From NCBI GenBank assembly GCA_052055015.1, contig JBQJIT010000016.1: DNA of 64,000 bases; one strand, written 5' to 3'. Shown piece after piece: positions 43,571 to 54,649 of this stretch. The notes under the pieces were generated by a model. The model ran no database searches. It saw nothing but the letters and a program-made list of their open reading frames with translations, and had not been told where the DNA came from. This stretch comes from Malassezia furfur. Its lineage: Eukaryota. Each line of letters begins with the position of its first letter. Position 1 is the stretch's first letter. A program made the position numbers and the translations under genes.

Positions 43571-45073
43571 ATGGGCGCAGAACTCTCAAAACTACGCAGC
43601 CAGAGTAAGGACCAGTTTCAAAAGCAAACATCAGTCGAAGCAGCAGCAGCAGAAGAAAAGGCTCCTGTGTCTGACAACTCGCGTGAATCAGCTGGACCTG
43701 CACCGGCAGAGGAGCAAGCCGTTTTGCAGACCGAAGGAAAGCCTACTAATGACCAAGTTGCTTTTACCGAGGAGTCTACATCATCTCGTTCAGAAAATAC
43801 CAAGTCGGATGGCACACTAGAAGAACAAGAATCCCTCGTCCATGATGTCTCGCTGTCTAGCTTCCGTGAGCGAGTACAGCGTCTACGTGCAGAAGGTCCA
43901 CAATCTGAGCTGGATGGCGATATTCGCGCTGAACTCCAGGCTTCAGGACTCCTTGATCCTGTCGAAGAAGTTGCAGAGGAGCTTGGCGGTATGGACTCGT
44001 CGAGTGAATCAGAAAGCGAATCTTCGAGCGATGAGTCTGATGACGAATCTGAAGACGAGCCTGTCAACGAACCCGATGCTGTGGATGACCAGAAGGGAAG
44101 CGATATACCCCCCAAGACGAAACATGAAATCTTGGATGAGGAGATTCCCATGCCTCCGATTTCTCAGCTTGAACCTGCAGACTTGCCACTGCTTCATCAC
44201 ATCGGCAAAATCCATTCCATCGTGGACAACGTCGTTTTGGTTGCACAAACAGAGGAGCCTACCGAGGATCAGTCGCAGCGAGCTTTTGATGTTCTCGACT
44301 CTGGCAGTTTGCTTTCGTTGGAAGACGGGCGCGTCCTTGGCTTGGTCTATGAAACGTTCGGATCCGTCAAGGCACCCTTTTATTCTGTGCGATTCCCTTC
44401 AGAAGATTCCATCGATAGGGACACCATTAATCCCGGTGTTCCTGTATACTACCTTCCTACAAGCAGTACGTATGTTCTTGCTCGCGCAATTCGAACCAAA
44501 GGAAGTGATGCAAGCAATATTTGGGATGAAGAGGTCGGAGAAGACGAAGCAGAATACAGTGACGATGAAGAGGAAGCAGCCGCAAAGCGTCGGGCAAAGC
44601 AGGAGCGAAAGATGAAAGGTGAAGATGCAACTCCGTTCTCCCCTCCATCGGAAATCGATCCGATGGAGGCATCACTTGGTCCACTTGGAGGTTACCCGGC
44701 GGGCGGGCCATCCAATCCTCGTGGGCGGAAGCGGAAGGACCGGAGTCGTCGGGGGCGTGGGGGCTCGCAAGAAGGAAAGCGCGGTCGACCCCATTTCTAC
44801 GGAAATTATCCTTCCGCTCCTCATATCAACCCGCGCTTTGCTGGGCAATGGATTCAAGGTGCTCCCTACGGCATGCCTCCAGTAATGCCCCCTTTCCCAC
44901 CCGGGTTCGCTATGCCAAACATGGACTCCTTCCGTTCGGAAGGCTATGGTGCATACTCTCCCCACCATGCGCACATTGATACGTCTCAGCCGACCACCTA
45001 CGACCCACACGCACCAAGTCTCTCGCCTCGGGTGGAAAACAACACCCCGGACCGCTATACCCCCTCGTCGTAG
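43571..45073 (+). CDS. NAF1: H/ACA snoRNP assembly factor Naf1
   Basis: PKTKHE, GLVYETFGSVKAPFYSVRF, KGSDASNIWDEEV...YSDDEEE, Pro-rich tail. Confidence 0.9.
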   Translation: MGAELSKLRSQSKDQFQKQTSVEAAAAEEKAPVSDNSRESAGPAPAEEQAVLQTEGKPTNDQVAFTEESTSSRSENTKSDGTLEEQESLVHDVSLSSFRERVQRLRAEGPQSELDGDIRAELQASGLLDPVEEVAEELGGMDSSSESESESSSDESDDESEDEPVNEPDAVDDQKGSDIPPKTKHEILDEEIPMPPISQLEPADLPLLHHIGKIHSIVDNVVLVAQTEEPTEDQSQRAFDVLDSGSLLSLEDGRVLGLVYETFGSVKAPFYSVRFPSEDSIDRDTINPGVPVYYLPTSSTYVLARAIRTKGSDASNIWDEEVGEDEAEYSDDEEEAAAKRRAKQERKMKGEDATPFSPPSEIDPMEASLGPLGGYPAGGPSNPRGRKRKDRSRRGRGGSQEGKRGRPHFYGNYPSAPHINPRFAGQWIQGAPYGMPPVMPPFPPGFAMPNMDSFRSEGYGAYSPHHAHIDTSQPTTYDPHAPSLSPRVENNTPDRYTPSS

Positions 45074-45130
45074 GTTTCCCATAATTTACTGGGTATCATG
45101 TGGTAATATACATCCATCTACACGAGTTGT

Positions 45131-46732
45131 TTACATTTTTGAGAAGGATGCACTGTTGTCCAAGTACGGATACAGATCCGTCGTCAGATTTTCACTGGGC
45201 TTATTTGCGCGAATTTGTTGCATAAGGTAGCGGCAGCACAAGTCCAAAGCTTTGGGATCAAGCCCACGCAACTTCTTGGCTTCGTCAACAATGAGTTCGT
45301 CAATGTATTGCGGTGTAACCTTTTTGCCGTCATCGGTGCTCACGCCATGAAACACCCATTGCCAAAGTGAGACACGGGAAATTTCCGCGGTCGCTGCCTC
45401 GGCGACCGTATAGTTGATAGGAAGACAGGCTTTCCCACGTAACCAGTTGGCACAGTACACGAGCACAGTTTCGATGTTAATTCGTGCACCTTTTTCAGTA
45501 ATCTTTCCAGAAAAATTGGTGTTGAGCAGGTCTTGGGCAGTCACATGCACGTCTTCACGGCGTACGTAGTACTGGTTTGGACCAGGCATTTGCTTGTTGA
45601 AGATTTCAATCGCCATGGGAACAAACGCTGGATCAGACACACAACCACCGTCGTGCCCAGCTTGGGCCTCTCGAAGTTTATCAGCAGCGACTTTCTTCCG
45701 GGCGGCTTCATTCGCAGCTTTGTCATGCTCAATGGGGATCTGTGCGGCCATACCGCCAACTGCAGCAACCCCGCGCTTATGACAGACCTGAATGAGGAGC
45801 TCCACATAAGCCTTCATAAATGGCACGGTCATGGTGACATCGTCACGATCAGGTAGCACAGCACCTTGGTTATAACGCTGACGCTTAATGAACGAGAAGA
45901 TATAGTCCCAGCGACCACAGTTGAGACCGGCCGAATGTTCGCGAAGCTCATAAATGATTTCTTCCATTTCAAACGTGGCAGTAATGGTCTCAATTAGCAC
46001 GGTGCCACGAATTGTGCCGCGTGGCATAGCAGTGTAATCCTCGGCGAAGTTGAAGATATCGTTCCATAGGCGTGCCTCGAATTGTGACTCGAGTTTGGGG
46101 AGGTAGAAATAAGGACCGACGCCATTCTTAAGGAGCTGCTTGGCATTGTGGAAGAAATAAAGGCCAAAGTCAAAGAGGCCACCAGCAATTGGCTTTCCAT
46201 CCACGAGAAAAAATCCTTCGTTCAAATGCCAGCTGCGTGGTCGAATAATTAGCGTTGCGAGTTCTTGGTTCGGCCTGAGTTTCCATTCCGTCCCGTTTTC
46301 GTCCTTGTAGTCAAATGTACGATGAATTGCTGCCTTCAGGTTTACATGCCCGTCCAGAATGTTTGCCCAAGTAGGCGTGGTCTGATCTTCGAAATCGGCC
46401 ATGTAAGCGTACGCTCCAGAGTTCAACAGTTTCATGACAGTTTCTCGGTCCACAGGGCCGGACGTTTCAACACGTCGGTCGCAGAGTCCCGGCGGAGGAG
46501 GCGCGCCCATCCATGTCGGATCCTCGCGAATGTGAGCGGTCTGAGGTAGAAAGTCCAGCGGACGACCAGCATCCAACTCAATCTGACGCGCTGCACGGGC
46601 CTGGAGGCGCTCCTGGCGCCTGTCTTCAAAGATACGGTGCAATGCCGTTAAAAATGTGACAGCTTCAGGAGTCAAGATGTTGGCATGTTCACCATGAACA
46701 GGGGCAAGAATACGGACCCCCTCGACAGACAT
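45131..46732 (-). CDS. Malate synthase A paralog with altered active-site motifs (copy B)
   Basis: 533 aa, collinear with the adjacent copy. Keeps [10 protein letters not shown] and LIET but has TVAEAATAE and GHDGGCVSDP. Ends in SKM. Confidence 0.9.
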   Translation of the reverse strand: MSVEGVRILAPVHGEHANILTPEAVTFLTALHRIFEDRRQERLQARAARQIELDAGRPLDFLPQTAHIREDPTWMGAPPPPGLCDRRVETSGPVDRETVMKLLNSGAYAYMADFEDQTTPTWANILDGHVNLKAAIHRTFDYKDENGTEWKLRPNQELATLIIRPRSWHLNEGFFLVDGKPIAGGLFDFGLYFFHNAKQLLKNGVGPYFYLPKLESQFEARLWNDIFNFAEDYTAMPRGTIRGTVLIETITATFEMEEIIYELREHSAGLNCGRWDYIFSFIKRQRYNQGAVLPDRDDVTMTVPFMKAYVELLIQVCHKRGVAAVGGMAAQIPIEHDKAANEAARKKVAADKLREAQAGHDGGCVSDPAFVPMAIEIFNKQMPGPNQYYVRREDVHVTAQDLLNTNFSGKITEKGARINIETVLVYCANWLRGKACLPINYTVAEAATAEISRVSLWQWVFHGVSTDDGKKVTPQYIDELIVDEAKKLRGLDPKALDLCCRYLMQQIRANKPSENLTTDLYPYLDNSASFSKM

Positions 46733-46989
46733 CCTACCGAATTTCGTACACGAAAGTGACTAGGATGAAAGGCTACCCTATTTCCAGATAAGATTCGCCA
46801 GGGTCTGATAACCTCCACAGGTGTGACACCGTCTATGAGAAGATTAAACGCGGACAGCACCTGGACGCTGGTTAATGCCCGGGCGCAAAGTCTGGCGCCT
46901 ACTGCGCCGGCAATAGATGGTGTTGAGTCCACACAAAGAGCGGGTGACGCCGTTCGCTTTCGCTACGCATATCTACCAAGTATATTTTA

Positions 46990-48591
46990 TTAGATCTTCG
47001 AAAGGCTGGCGCTGTTGTCGAGGTGCGCCGTGAGATCCGTGGTCAAGAACTCACTCGGCTTCTTCGCGCGCACCTGCTGCGAGAGGTAGCGGCGCGAAAG
47101 GTCGACCGCCTTGGGGTCGAGCTTGGTGAGCTTCTTGGCCTCGTCGGCCAGGAGCTCATCAATGTACTGCGGCGTAATCTTCTTGCCGTCGACGGTGCTC
47201 GCACCGTGGAAGACCCACTGCCAGAGCGAGATACGCGAGATCTCGGCGGTCGCAGCATCCTCCATGAGGAAGTTGATCGGAACACAGCCGAGACCGTGCA
47301 CCCAGTTGGCGCAGTAGGCAAGCAGCGCCGAGACGTTCGCACGCGCGCCCTTCTCGGTGATCTTGCCCGTAACGTTGGGGTTGAGCAGGTCGAGCGCAGT
47401 GACGTTGACCTCCTCGCGGCGCACGTAGTACCGGTTGGGGCCAATCATATACTTGTCAAAGATCTCGAGGGCGATCTTGACCAGCGCGGGGTGCGCCACC
47501 CAGGTGCCGTCGTGGCCGGCCTTGACCTCGCGGAGCTTGTCAGCGCGCACCTTCTCCATGGCGGCGTCGTTGGCCTTGGGGTCGTCCTTGATCGGGATCT
47601 GCGCAGCCATACCACCGATCGCTGCCACACCACGCTTGTGGCAGGTCTGGATCAGCAGGTTCACGTAGGCCTGCATGAAGGGCGCCGTCATGGTGACGTC
47701 ACCACGGTCGGGCAGCACGGCGCTCTGGTTGTAGCGCTGGCGCTTGATGAACGAGAAGATGTAGTCCCAGCGACCGCAGTTGAGACCGGACGAGTGCTCG
47801 CGCAGCTCGTAAATGATCTCCTCCATCTCAAAGGCAGCCGTGATGGTCTCAATCAGCACGGTACCACGGATCGTGCCGCGGGGCATGCCAATGTAGTCCT
47901 GCGAGAAGTTGAACACGTCGTTCCACAGACGCGCCTCGAGGTGCGACTCCATCTTGGGGAGGTAGAAGTAGGGGCCGAAGCCGTTCTTGACGAGCTGCTC
48001 GGCGTTGTGGAAGAAGTACAGACCGAAGTCGAACAGACCACCCGAGATGGGCTTGCCGTCCACGAGGAAGAACTCCTCGTTGAGGTGCCAGCCACGGGGG
48101 CGCACAATCAGAGTGGCAAGCTGGTCAGCCGGCTTCAGCTTGTATTCCTTGCCGTTCGACTGCTTAAAGTCGACGCGGCGGTTGATGGCAGCGTTCAGGT
48201 TGACCTGGCCGTCGAGGTTGTTCGCCCAGGTGGGCGAGTTCGAGTCCTCGAAGTCGGCCATGTACGTGTAGGCGCCGGAGTTGAGCGCGTTGATCACCAT
48301 CTTGCGGTCGACCGGACCAGTGATCTCGACGCGGCGGTCACGCAGACCCGGCGCAGGCTTGGCACCCATCCAGGTGGGGTCCTCACGGATGTGGGCCGTC
48401 TGCGGCAGGAAGTCGAGCTGCTTGCCAGCGTCCAGCTCAACCTGGCGCGCCTCACGGGCACGCAGGCGCTCCTGGCGCGTGCTCTCGAAGACACGGTGCA
48501 GGGTCGCCACGAACTTGATCGCCTCGGGCGTGAGGATCTTGGCGTGCTCGCCGAGCACAGGGGCAAGAATACGAACACCTTCAACCGACAT
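46990..48591 (-). CDS. MLS1: Malate synthase (glyoxylate cycle), canonical copy A
   Basis: [47 protein letters not shown]. 533 aa from ATG 48591, ends in SKI. Confidence 0.97.
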   Translation of the reverse strand: MSVEGVRILAPVLGEHAKILTPEAIKFVATLHRVFESTRQERLRAREARQVELDAGKQLDFLPQTAHIREDPTWMGAKPAPGLRDRRVEITGPVDRKMVINALNSGAYTYMADFEDSNSPTWANNLDGQVNLNAAINRRVDFKQSNGKEYKLKPADQLATLIVRPRGWHLNEEFFLVDGKPISGGLFDFGLYFFHNAEQLVKNGFGPYFYLPKMESHLEARLWNDVFNFSQDYIGMPRGTIRGTVLIETITAAFEMEEIIYELREHSSGLNCGRWDYIFSFIKRQRYNQSAVLPDRGDVTMTAPFMQAYVNLLIQTCHKRGVAAIGGMAAQIPIKDDPKANDAAMEKVRADKLREVKAGHDGTWVAHPALVKIALEIFDKYMIGPNRYYVRREEVNVTALDLLNPNVTGKITEKGARANVSALLAYCANWVHGLGCVPINFLMEDAATAEISRISLWQWVFHGASTVDGKKITPQYIDELLADEAKKLTKLDPKAVDLSRRYLSQQVRAKKPSEFLTTDLTAHLDNSASLSKI

Positions 48592-49221
48592 GATGTGTAG
48601 AAAGATAGACGTTCCACCACTCACTCCGTTCCATTTCCTTATATTGCCCCGGGCGTTCTGAACCTCACCCCGGCTCGGCGAGCCCCGCGCACCCCGCAGT
48701 CTGTGCGCCTCTTACCTAGAGGTTCTCTCGGGTGTTTGCACCAATCACAGCGGAGGCACGTTGCAGATGTCCGGTTAGTTCCTCGCCAAGGCTGTGCCGG
48801 ACTCCCGGTTATGTCATGCTGAGCAAACGCTCTCGGCTCGTTATTCAGACCTAGGTAATCTGCGATAGTTGCGCACGTTGCGCAGTCGGCGCCCCCGACT
48901 GCAGGACCAGGGGCTTATCTGCAGCTCAGGTATCACGAGAGCAGGCACGTGTTTTTGCGCAGACGCGTCAGCGCGGCCAAGCCAGGCTGTGATTGTAGGG
49001 AAATCGCGTGCAGTATGCAGCTTCTAATTTCGAACGAGGCGTCCGCCGTTATCACGATCTTATAGTCTTATTGGGATACGCGCGGCGCGATTAATTAGGT
49101 GTGCAATCTAGCAGGGGGTAGGTGGCCTGTTTCAGTGCTTCCAGGGGGAGACCGCGTGTCGCTTACGTCCTTGCACTCGTTGCACTCGCGCGCTCGTACC
49201 TCAGGTACTGAGTACGCAGCG

Positions 49222-50205
49222 ATGGCACCGAAATCGTCGGGCGCCCCCGCTCGACCACCATCCAAGAGATGGTCGTCCATTATCAGCCAGCCTTCCATCT
49301 TCCGAAAGTCCTCGGCAGACAATACCCATCGCTTTTCCACCGTCGACCCGGCTGGTCCGGGCTCGGACGTGATGCGCATGTTTCGCCCTAAACGCTTCAT
49401 GTCCTCCGACCATGCGGCTCTCGACGATGCATGGGAAATCCGCTCGTCTTCATGCTGCGAGTTCGACCGTCTCCGGAAGAATCTGGCTTTAGACGACGAC
49501 CCTATCTGTCTCGAGTCGCTCTTTTGCCGTTTGATCGATTTCAGCTTGATCCCAGACCCGCAGGAGAAGCCGGAATTGAACTCAGACGCAGAAACGCTCT
49601 CTTCGACCGACGACGACCAGAGCATGGGCGATATCAGTCTGCCGTCTCCTTCTCTCGAAGGTCCAAAACCGGGCGCACGCCTCCCGACAAGCGCCACTAT
49701 GCCTACCATCATTGCTCCTGAAGCACCGCCCAAGCCGCCGCGGTCCAGTCTTCGACCCAAATACACTCAAACGCCGGCGGCGCGCCCCACGCTGAACAAA
49801 CTTCCTTTAATGGAGCTGTCGCTTTCTCAGAGCAGCTCACAGCGTGCATCGCCAGCGCCTTCGGGGCTCGAGACGCCTCCGTTGGAGCCCAGTCGGAGTG
49901 GTCCCTACCTCGGCGACGCAGGGCACTCGAGCCGTGGCACGCTGCCTGGACTCGACTCCACATCCGAGTCTGACTGGTACACTGGGTTCATTCGTTCGTC
50001 GTCGTATGCGACGCTGAGTGTGAGCCCGAGTGCTGACTGGTCGGGTGTGCGGCGGCCTGAGTTGCCGAGCCCACTGCGCGAGAAAAGCGCTGCCCATTAC
50101 GCACCTGCATCCAAGTCGGGACCGATTTCGGACGACTATTTACACGAAATTGCACGGCTCGATACGCATCTCCTTGTGGAGCCGCCCCGTTTTGTTCGCG
50201 GATAA
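49222..50205 (+). CDS. Hypothetical Ser/Pro-rich protein
   Basis: Long ORF in otherwise unassigned space, largely low complexity, no recognised domain. Confidence 0.55.
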   Translation: MAPKSSGAPARPPSKRWSSIISQPSIFRKSSADNTHRFSTVDPAGPGSDVMRMFRPKRFMSSDHAALDDAWEIRSSSCCEFDRLRKNLALDDDPICLESLFCRLIDFSLIPDPQEKPELNSDAETLSSTDDDQSMGDISLPSPSLEGPKPGARLPTSATMPTIIAPEAPPKPPRSSLRPKYTQTPAARPTLNKLPLMELSLSQSSSQRASPAPSGLETPPLEPSRSGPYLGDAGHSSRGTLPGLDSTSESDWYTGFIRSSSYATLSVSPSADWSGVRRPELPSPLREKSAAHYAPASKSGPISDDYLHEIARLDTHLLVEPPRFVRG

Positions 50206-50778
50206 TGCCGCGTTCTTGTGCTCACTACCTTATTTGGCCTGACTCACCGTGCCATGCATCCCGACGCTGACATCCATGGGACGTGGCACATCGGTCGGTG
50301 ATAAGGTCCTTGTTGCATTCTGCTCGGTTGAATGGGACTTGGCCATGTATGAATGCTGGCTATCGTTCTCTCCTACCAGCGCATCTCACTACTTGCATGT
50401 GCCCTAGATAAAGACATTCGTTCGATTTTGTAATATACCTCTTCCAATTCCCCGCGCGCGCGACAATCACACGAGCAGTGGAACTGCCGCACTCATCTGA
50501 CGTCGGATTAGTCATCTATAGCTGTTACGCGCCATCGCCTCCAAAAACGGTCTCATCGATCGCGGCTCGTGTACGATTTGGAAGGAGGCGCAGAAACCGT
50601 CTTTTCCGAAGAAGAGCCGAGGCGTGATACTTGACGTTTTTGTGTACCTGTATACGGTCCTATATTCGCGTTGGTTTTTTTCCCCAAACAGGCCAAGCGT
50701 ATTTGGACCAACGTCCCTGAAAGAGAAAAACAGAATTGCAACCGCGTAACGTTCGCCAGAACGATCTAGTTCGGCAAC

Positions 50779-53700
50779 ATGTTTGTGCGTATCCGCTGAG
50801 ATGACGTTGTTTGTTACTAACACACCTCCAGTGGCGTTTTGGCGTGGCTCCGGTCTCGACACTGACCACGCTGCTGGAAAAACCTGATATTACCGTCGAG
50901 GATGTGTTGAACGAGCCCGACCTCCTGCAGGAATGCAAGTCGAACAACCACAAACTCGTTGCATACCTCCAGCAGCCTGAGGTCCTTCAGCGGCTGCTCG
51001 ACTACGTCATCGGCGCTGTGGAAGTGGAAGATGTCTCGGACAGTTCCAACCAGGAAAAGATTGCCTTCAAGTACGTCCCAAGTCGTTGTCGCGCATACTA
51101 ACCACAGATATCCCTACTTTGCTTCTGAGGTGCTTAGCAGCGAGATACCCGAGATCTCCCTGGTTCTCTTTCAAAACGCACAGGCGCTGCTCGCGCCCTT
51201 CTGGGATAATTTCCTCTCCACTCCCTCGGATGCATTTGAGCGGCCCATGCCGCTGCATGCCCATCCCCTCACTTCGGCAACCTACGTCAAGTCGGAGGTG
51301 GGCGGCCCTAGCGATGACAACGAGGAGAAGAAGCAGGAGGAGAAGTCGACCGGCGAGACAGTCAAGTACTCGGGCCGCTCGCATGGTCCTGGGCACACGG
51401 TGTTGGCTGGGTACTGGTCCAAGGTGAACATGGCGTTGCTTGAAAAGCATCCGCAGGAGATGCTGGCGTTTGTGCAGACGCTGCCGACAGCCGTCGAGGG
51501 GCTTGTGTCGCACTTTGAGACGTCGTCGGTAGTCGACCTCTTGTTCCGCCTGATCCAGACGGAAGATTCCGTGCCGGATGCCGGCATCATCCAGTGGTTC
51601 GCCGACAACGACCTGATTGCGCGTATCGTGGCGCTACTGTCTCCGCATGTCTCGACCGAGCAGCACAAGGCGGCGGCCGAGTTCCTGAAGGCGATCATCT
51701 CGCTGTCGGCGCCGTCGCCCTCGGCCCTCAACCAAATTACCATGCAGGAGACCTTTGGCGGACCGGGCGAGATGCTGATGGGTGCCGGTGGTGTCAACAA
51801 CCTGCTGGTGCGCGAGCTCGCAAGCGAGGAGACGGTGAACAAGATGACCTACTTCATGCTGGACTTTAAGCCGACGTTCAAGCCGTTTGCGAGCGGCAGC
51901 GGCTCCGAGGGCGCAGCGTCGCGCAAAGCATCGATGCGTGGCACGCTCGACTCGTCGCTGCCTGCGCTGCGCGAATCGCTCTCATCGGATGAGTCGGCGG
52001 TCGAGGAAGAAGAAGACGACGACGATGATGACGAGTGGCAGTTGCGGCTTAGTTTCAAGAACCGCCGCATGTCGCTCGCGCAAGGGATGAACGGCGGCCG
52101 CGGCCCGGCGCACCGCGACTCCACGGCGACGGTGCGCCCCTCCGACCTACGCCGCGACAGTATTGTGCGGCAGGGCCCCTCGCAAGCCGCCATCACCTCG
52201 TCATTCACCAACTGTGCCGGAGTGTTTATCGAGTTGATCCGCAAAAACAACAGCGACTACTTTGAGCAGCACCTGTTCCACACGCTGCGCAACTACCTGC
52301 TCCTCCGGCAGCAGGAGGTCTCTGGAAAGCGCCAGCAGGAGCGCCTCGCGCAAAAGACGGCCGAGGGGCAATCGGACAAGCAGGACCTGACGCTGGAGGA
52401 CCTTCCATTCGAGGACGACGACGACGTTGAGGGCATGGAGGAGGCCATGGCCGAAGTCGCTGAAAAGATGGGCATCGTCCACCTTGGCCCGCTGCTCCAG
52501 GTTCTCTCTAACAGGATACCCGATTTGCAAGAGATGATGAAGAGCCCCAAGTTGGCGGTGCCGTTTGTCTCGACGACTCTAGGCCAGATTGAGCCGCTCA
52601 CGCAGACGCGCTACTGCATCGCCGAGCTCTACGCCGAGATGCTGCACTGCTCCAACATGGTCTTACTCAACCGCGAGCCCAATGTCGGGCCGCAGTACTC
52701 GCCAACAGGCACGCTGCTAGGCGGCATCGAGGGCCTTCAGCGGCTCGCGCGTGCGCTTCAGGGAGACGACGGCGGTCCGCTGTTTGAGTCGAACGAGCCG
52801 TCGAGCAGCGCCCCGCAGCACAGCGCCCCGCAGCCTGAGCTGCACGTCGAGTGCTCGGACGACGACGAACCGCCCGCCGGGGTGCCGACCACCTCCACTT
52901 CGAGCGACCGGCTGGCGGCGCCGCAGCCGGGGAGCGCCAGCGGGCACAGCAGCGAAGGCGAGTCGTCCGACTCGGAGGCTGACAACGCCGCGGACGATGA
53001 GGACGCCAAGAGCATTGCGTCAGCGCTGTCGAGCATGTCGCTGGCCGACCTCACGGCGCAGTTTGCGAGTCGGCCGCCGAGTGTCAACGACGACCACCTG
53101 TATGCGACGGTGGGCGACTACCTGAAAAAGCAGTTCTACGACTTCCAGGTGGTGCCGACGCTCGTCGAGCTCTTCTTGAACCATCCGTGGAACAACTTCC
53201 TGCACAACGTCGTCTACGACATTATCCAGCAGCTCTTCAACGGCGACATGGACGCCGGCATCAACAAGAAGCTCACCATCGCCACGTTTGAGCAGGCCGG
53301 GCTCATCGACGCCATCCTCGAGGGCTCGCGCCGCAACCAAGAGTCCAGCAGCCAGCTGCGCCACATCCGCCTCGCGTTCATGGGCCACCTCAATCTGATC
53401 GCCGAAGAGGTCATCAAGCTCATGGAAAAGTACCCCGCGGCCGTCGGCGAAAAGGTCAAGAACTGCTTCCCGCAGCCCGATTGGGACACGTTCGTGAACG
53501 ACGAGCTGCGCGTGTCGCGTGTCAAGGAGGCCATGCCGCTCGCCGGTGGGCGCCCCAACGCCAATGCCAGCAACGACCAGAGCTGGAACAAGGACTCGGA
53601 CAACTGGTATGCGGACTCCGAGGGGAACAACACTTTCGCACGCTACCTCTCGTCGCAGATGCGCAACGAGTCCACGGAGGACGAGGCGCAGGAGAACGAC

Positions 53701-54396
53701 ATCCTCGCACAGCTCGAGGAGCGCACCATCGGCTCGTTCCCGGGCGACGACGAGGAGGGCGACGAGGACGAGTGGGGACCGTTCTCCGACTCGAACCGCG
53801 CCTCCGACTTCAACTTCATCTCGACGGGCGCCATTGCTCGTGCACAGGCGAACGCCGGGAGCTCGGTGCAAGAAAACCTTACCCCCGCCGACTGGGCCGC
53901 CGAGTTCCGGCGCGGGGGGATGGGTGCCATTCCGTCGGACGATGCGGTCGACAACGACTCGGACTCGGACTCGGCAGGCAGTGGCCGCAACCGCGACGAC
54001 AAGGACGGCACGGACTCGGACGACAACGGCGCCGACGACTCGCCGTTCGTTGACCTGCACAAGCCGGCGACGCTGCGCCAGCGCGCTCAAACCAGCGAGT
54101 CGCTTCCGACGGCACGCAGCCCCGAGGCCATGGAGGAGGTCATGAAAAACCAGGGCGAGCGCTGGCCGGCCGCCGAAGCCGCCAAGCACGTGCGGTCGCT
54201 CAGCAGCGGCAGCGAGGACCGCGCGCAGGACTGGGCCCTGGCTCAGCTCCCGCCGGATGTGGAGCCCACCAAGGACGGTCTGCTTCGCCGCAAGCTCTCG
54301 GACGGTACCAGCGTCACTGTGCCATTGGACGACGCCGAGCTCATGGCGACCGAGTCTGCGCTGGATATTTCGGACGACGAACAGAGCGCCTCATAG
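50779..54396 (+). CDS. SIT4/PP6 phosphatase-associated (SAPS) protein, 3 exons
   Basis: MF/WRFG start, DLLQECK, LIRKNNSDY, IAELYAEMLHCSNM, HPWNNFLHNVVYD, FMGHL. Introns 50785-50831 and 51071-51107. Confidence 0.92.
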
Positions 54397-54649
54397 TACA
54401 CGTCCCCCGCAGGCGAAACGACGTAACGCCGACCCACTTCCCTCCACCTGCCGCGATGCGCACGCGCACGACGGGCGATGCAATCCGCACGTATGCAGCG
54501 AATGACCGTCCGTACCCCACTCGGCCGAGACGGAGATTACCGGGCGGGAGGTGAGATCGGACTGCTTCAGCGCGCAGTTAGTTACCCCGCAGAGCGGTTC
54601 GGTAACTGTGTACAAGAATTACCGGGGTTTCTTAGTTTCCTGCATCATC

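Noticed and set aside
42300..46900. Low-GC block as a centromere or horizontally acquired island
   Set aside because: It is only moderately AT-rich, fully genic, and contains native intron-bearing eukaryotic genes. No AT-rich core or mobile-element hallmark is visible.
50669..50713. Imperfect hairpin upstream of the SAPS gene as a possible ncRNA
   Set aside because: The stems are short and there are no snoRNA boxes or Pol III signals. It is compatible with chance or 5' UTR structure.
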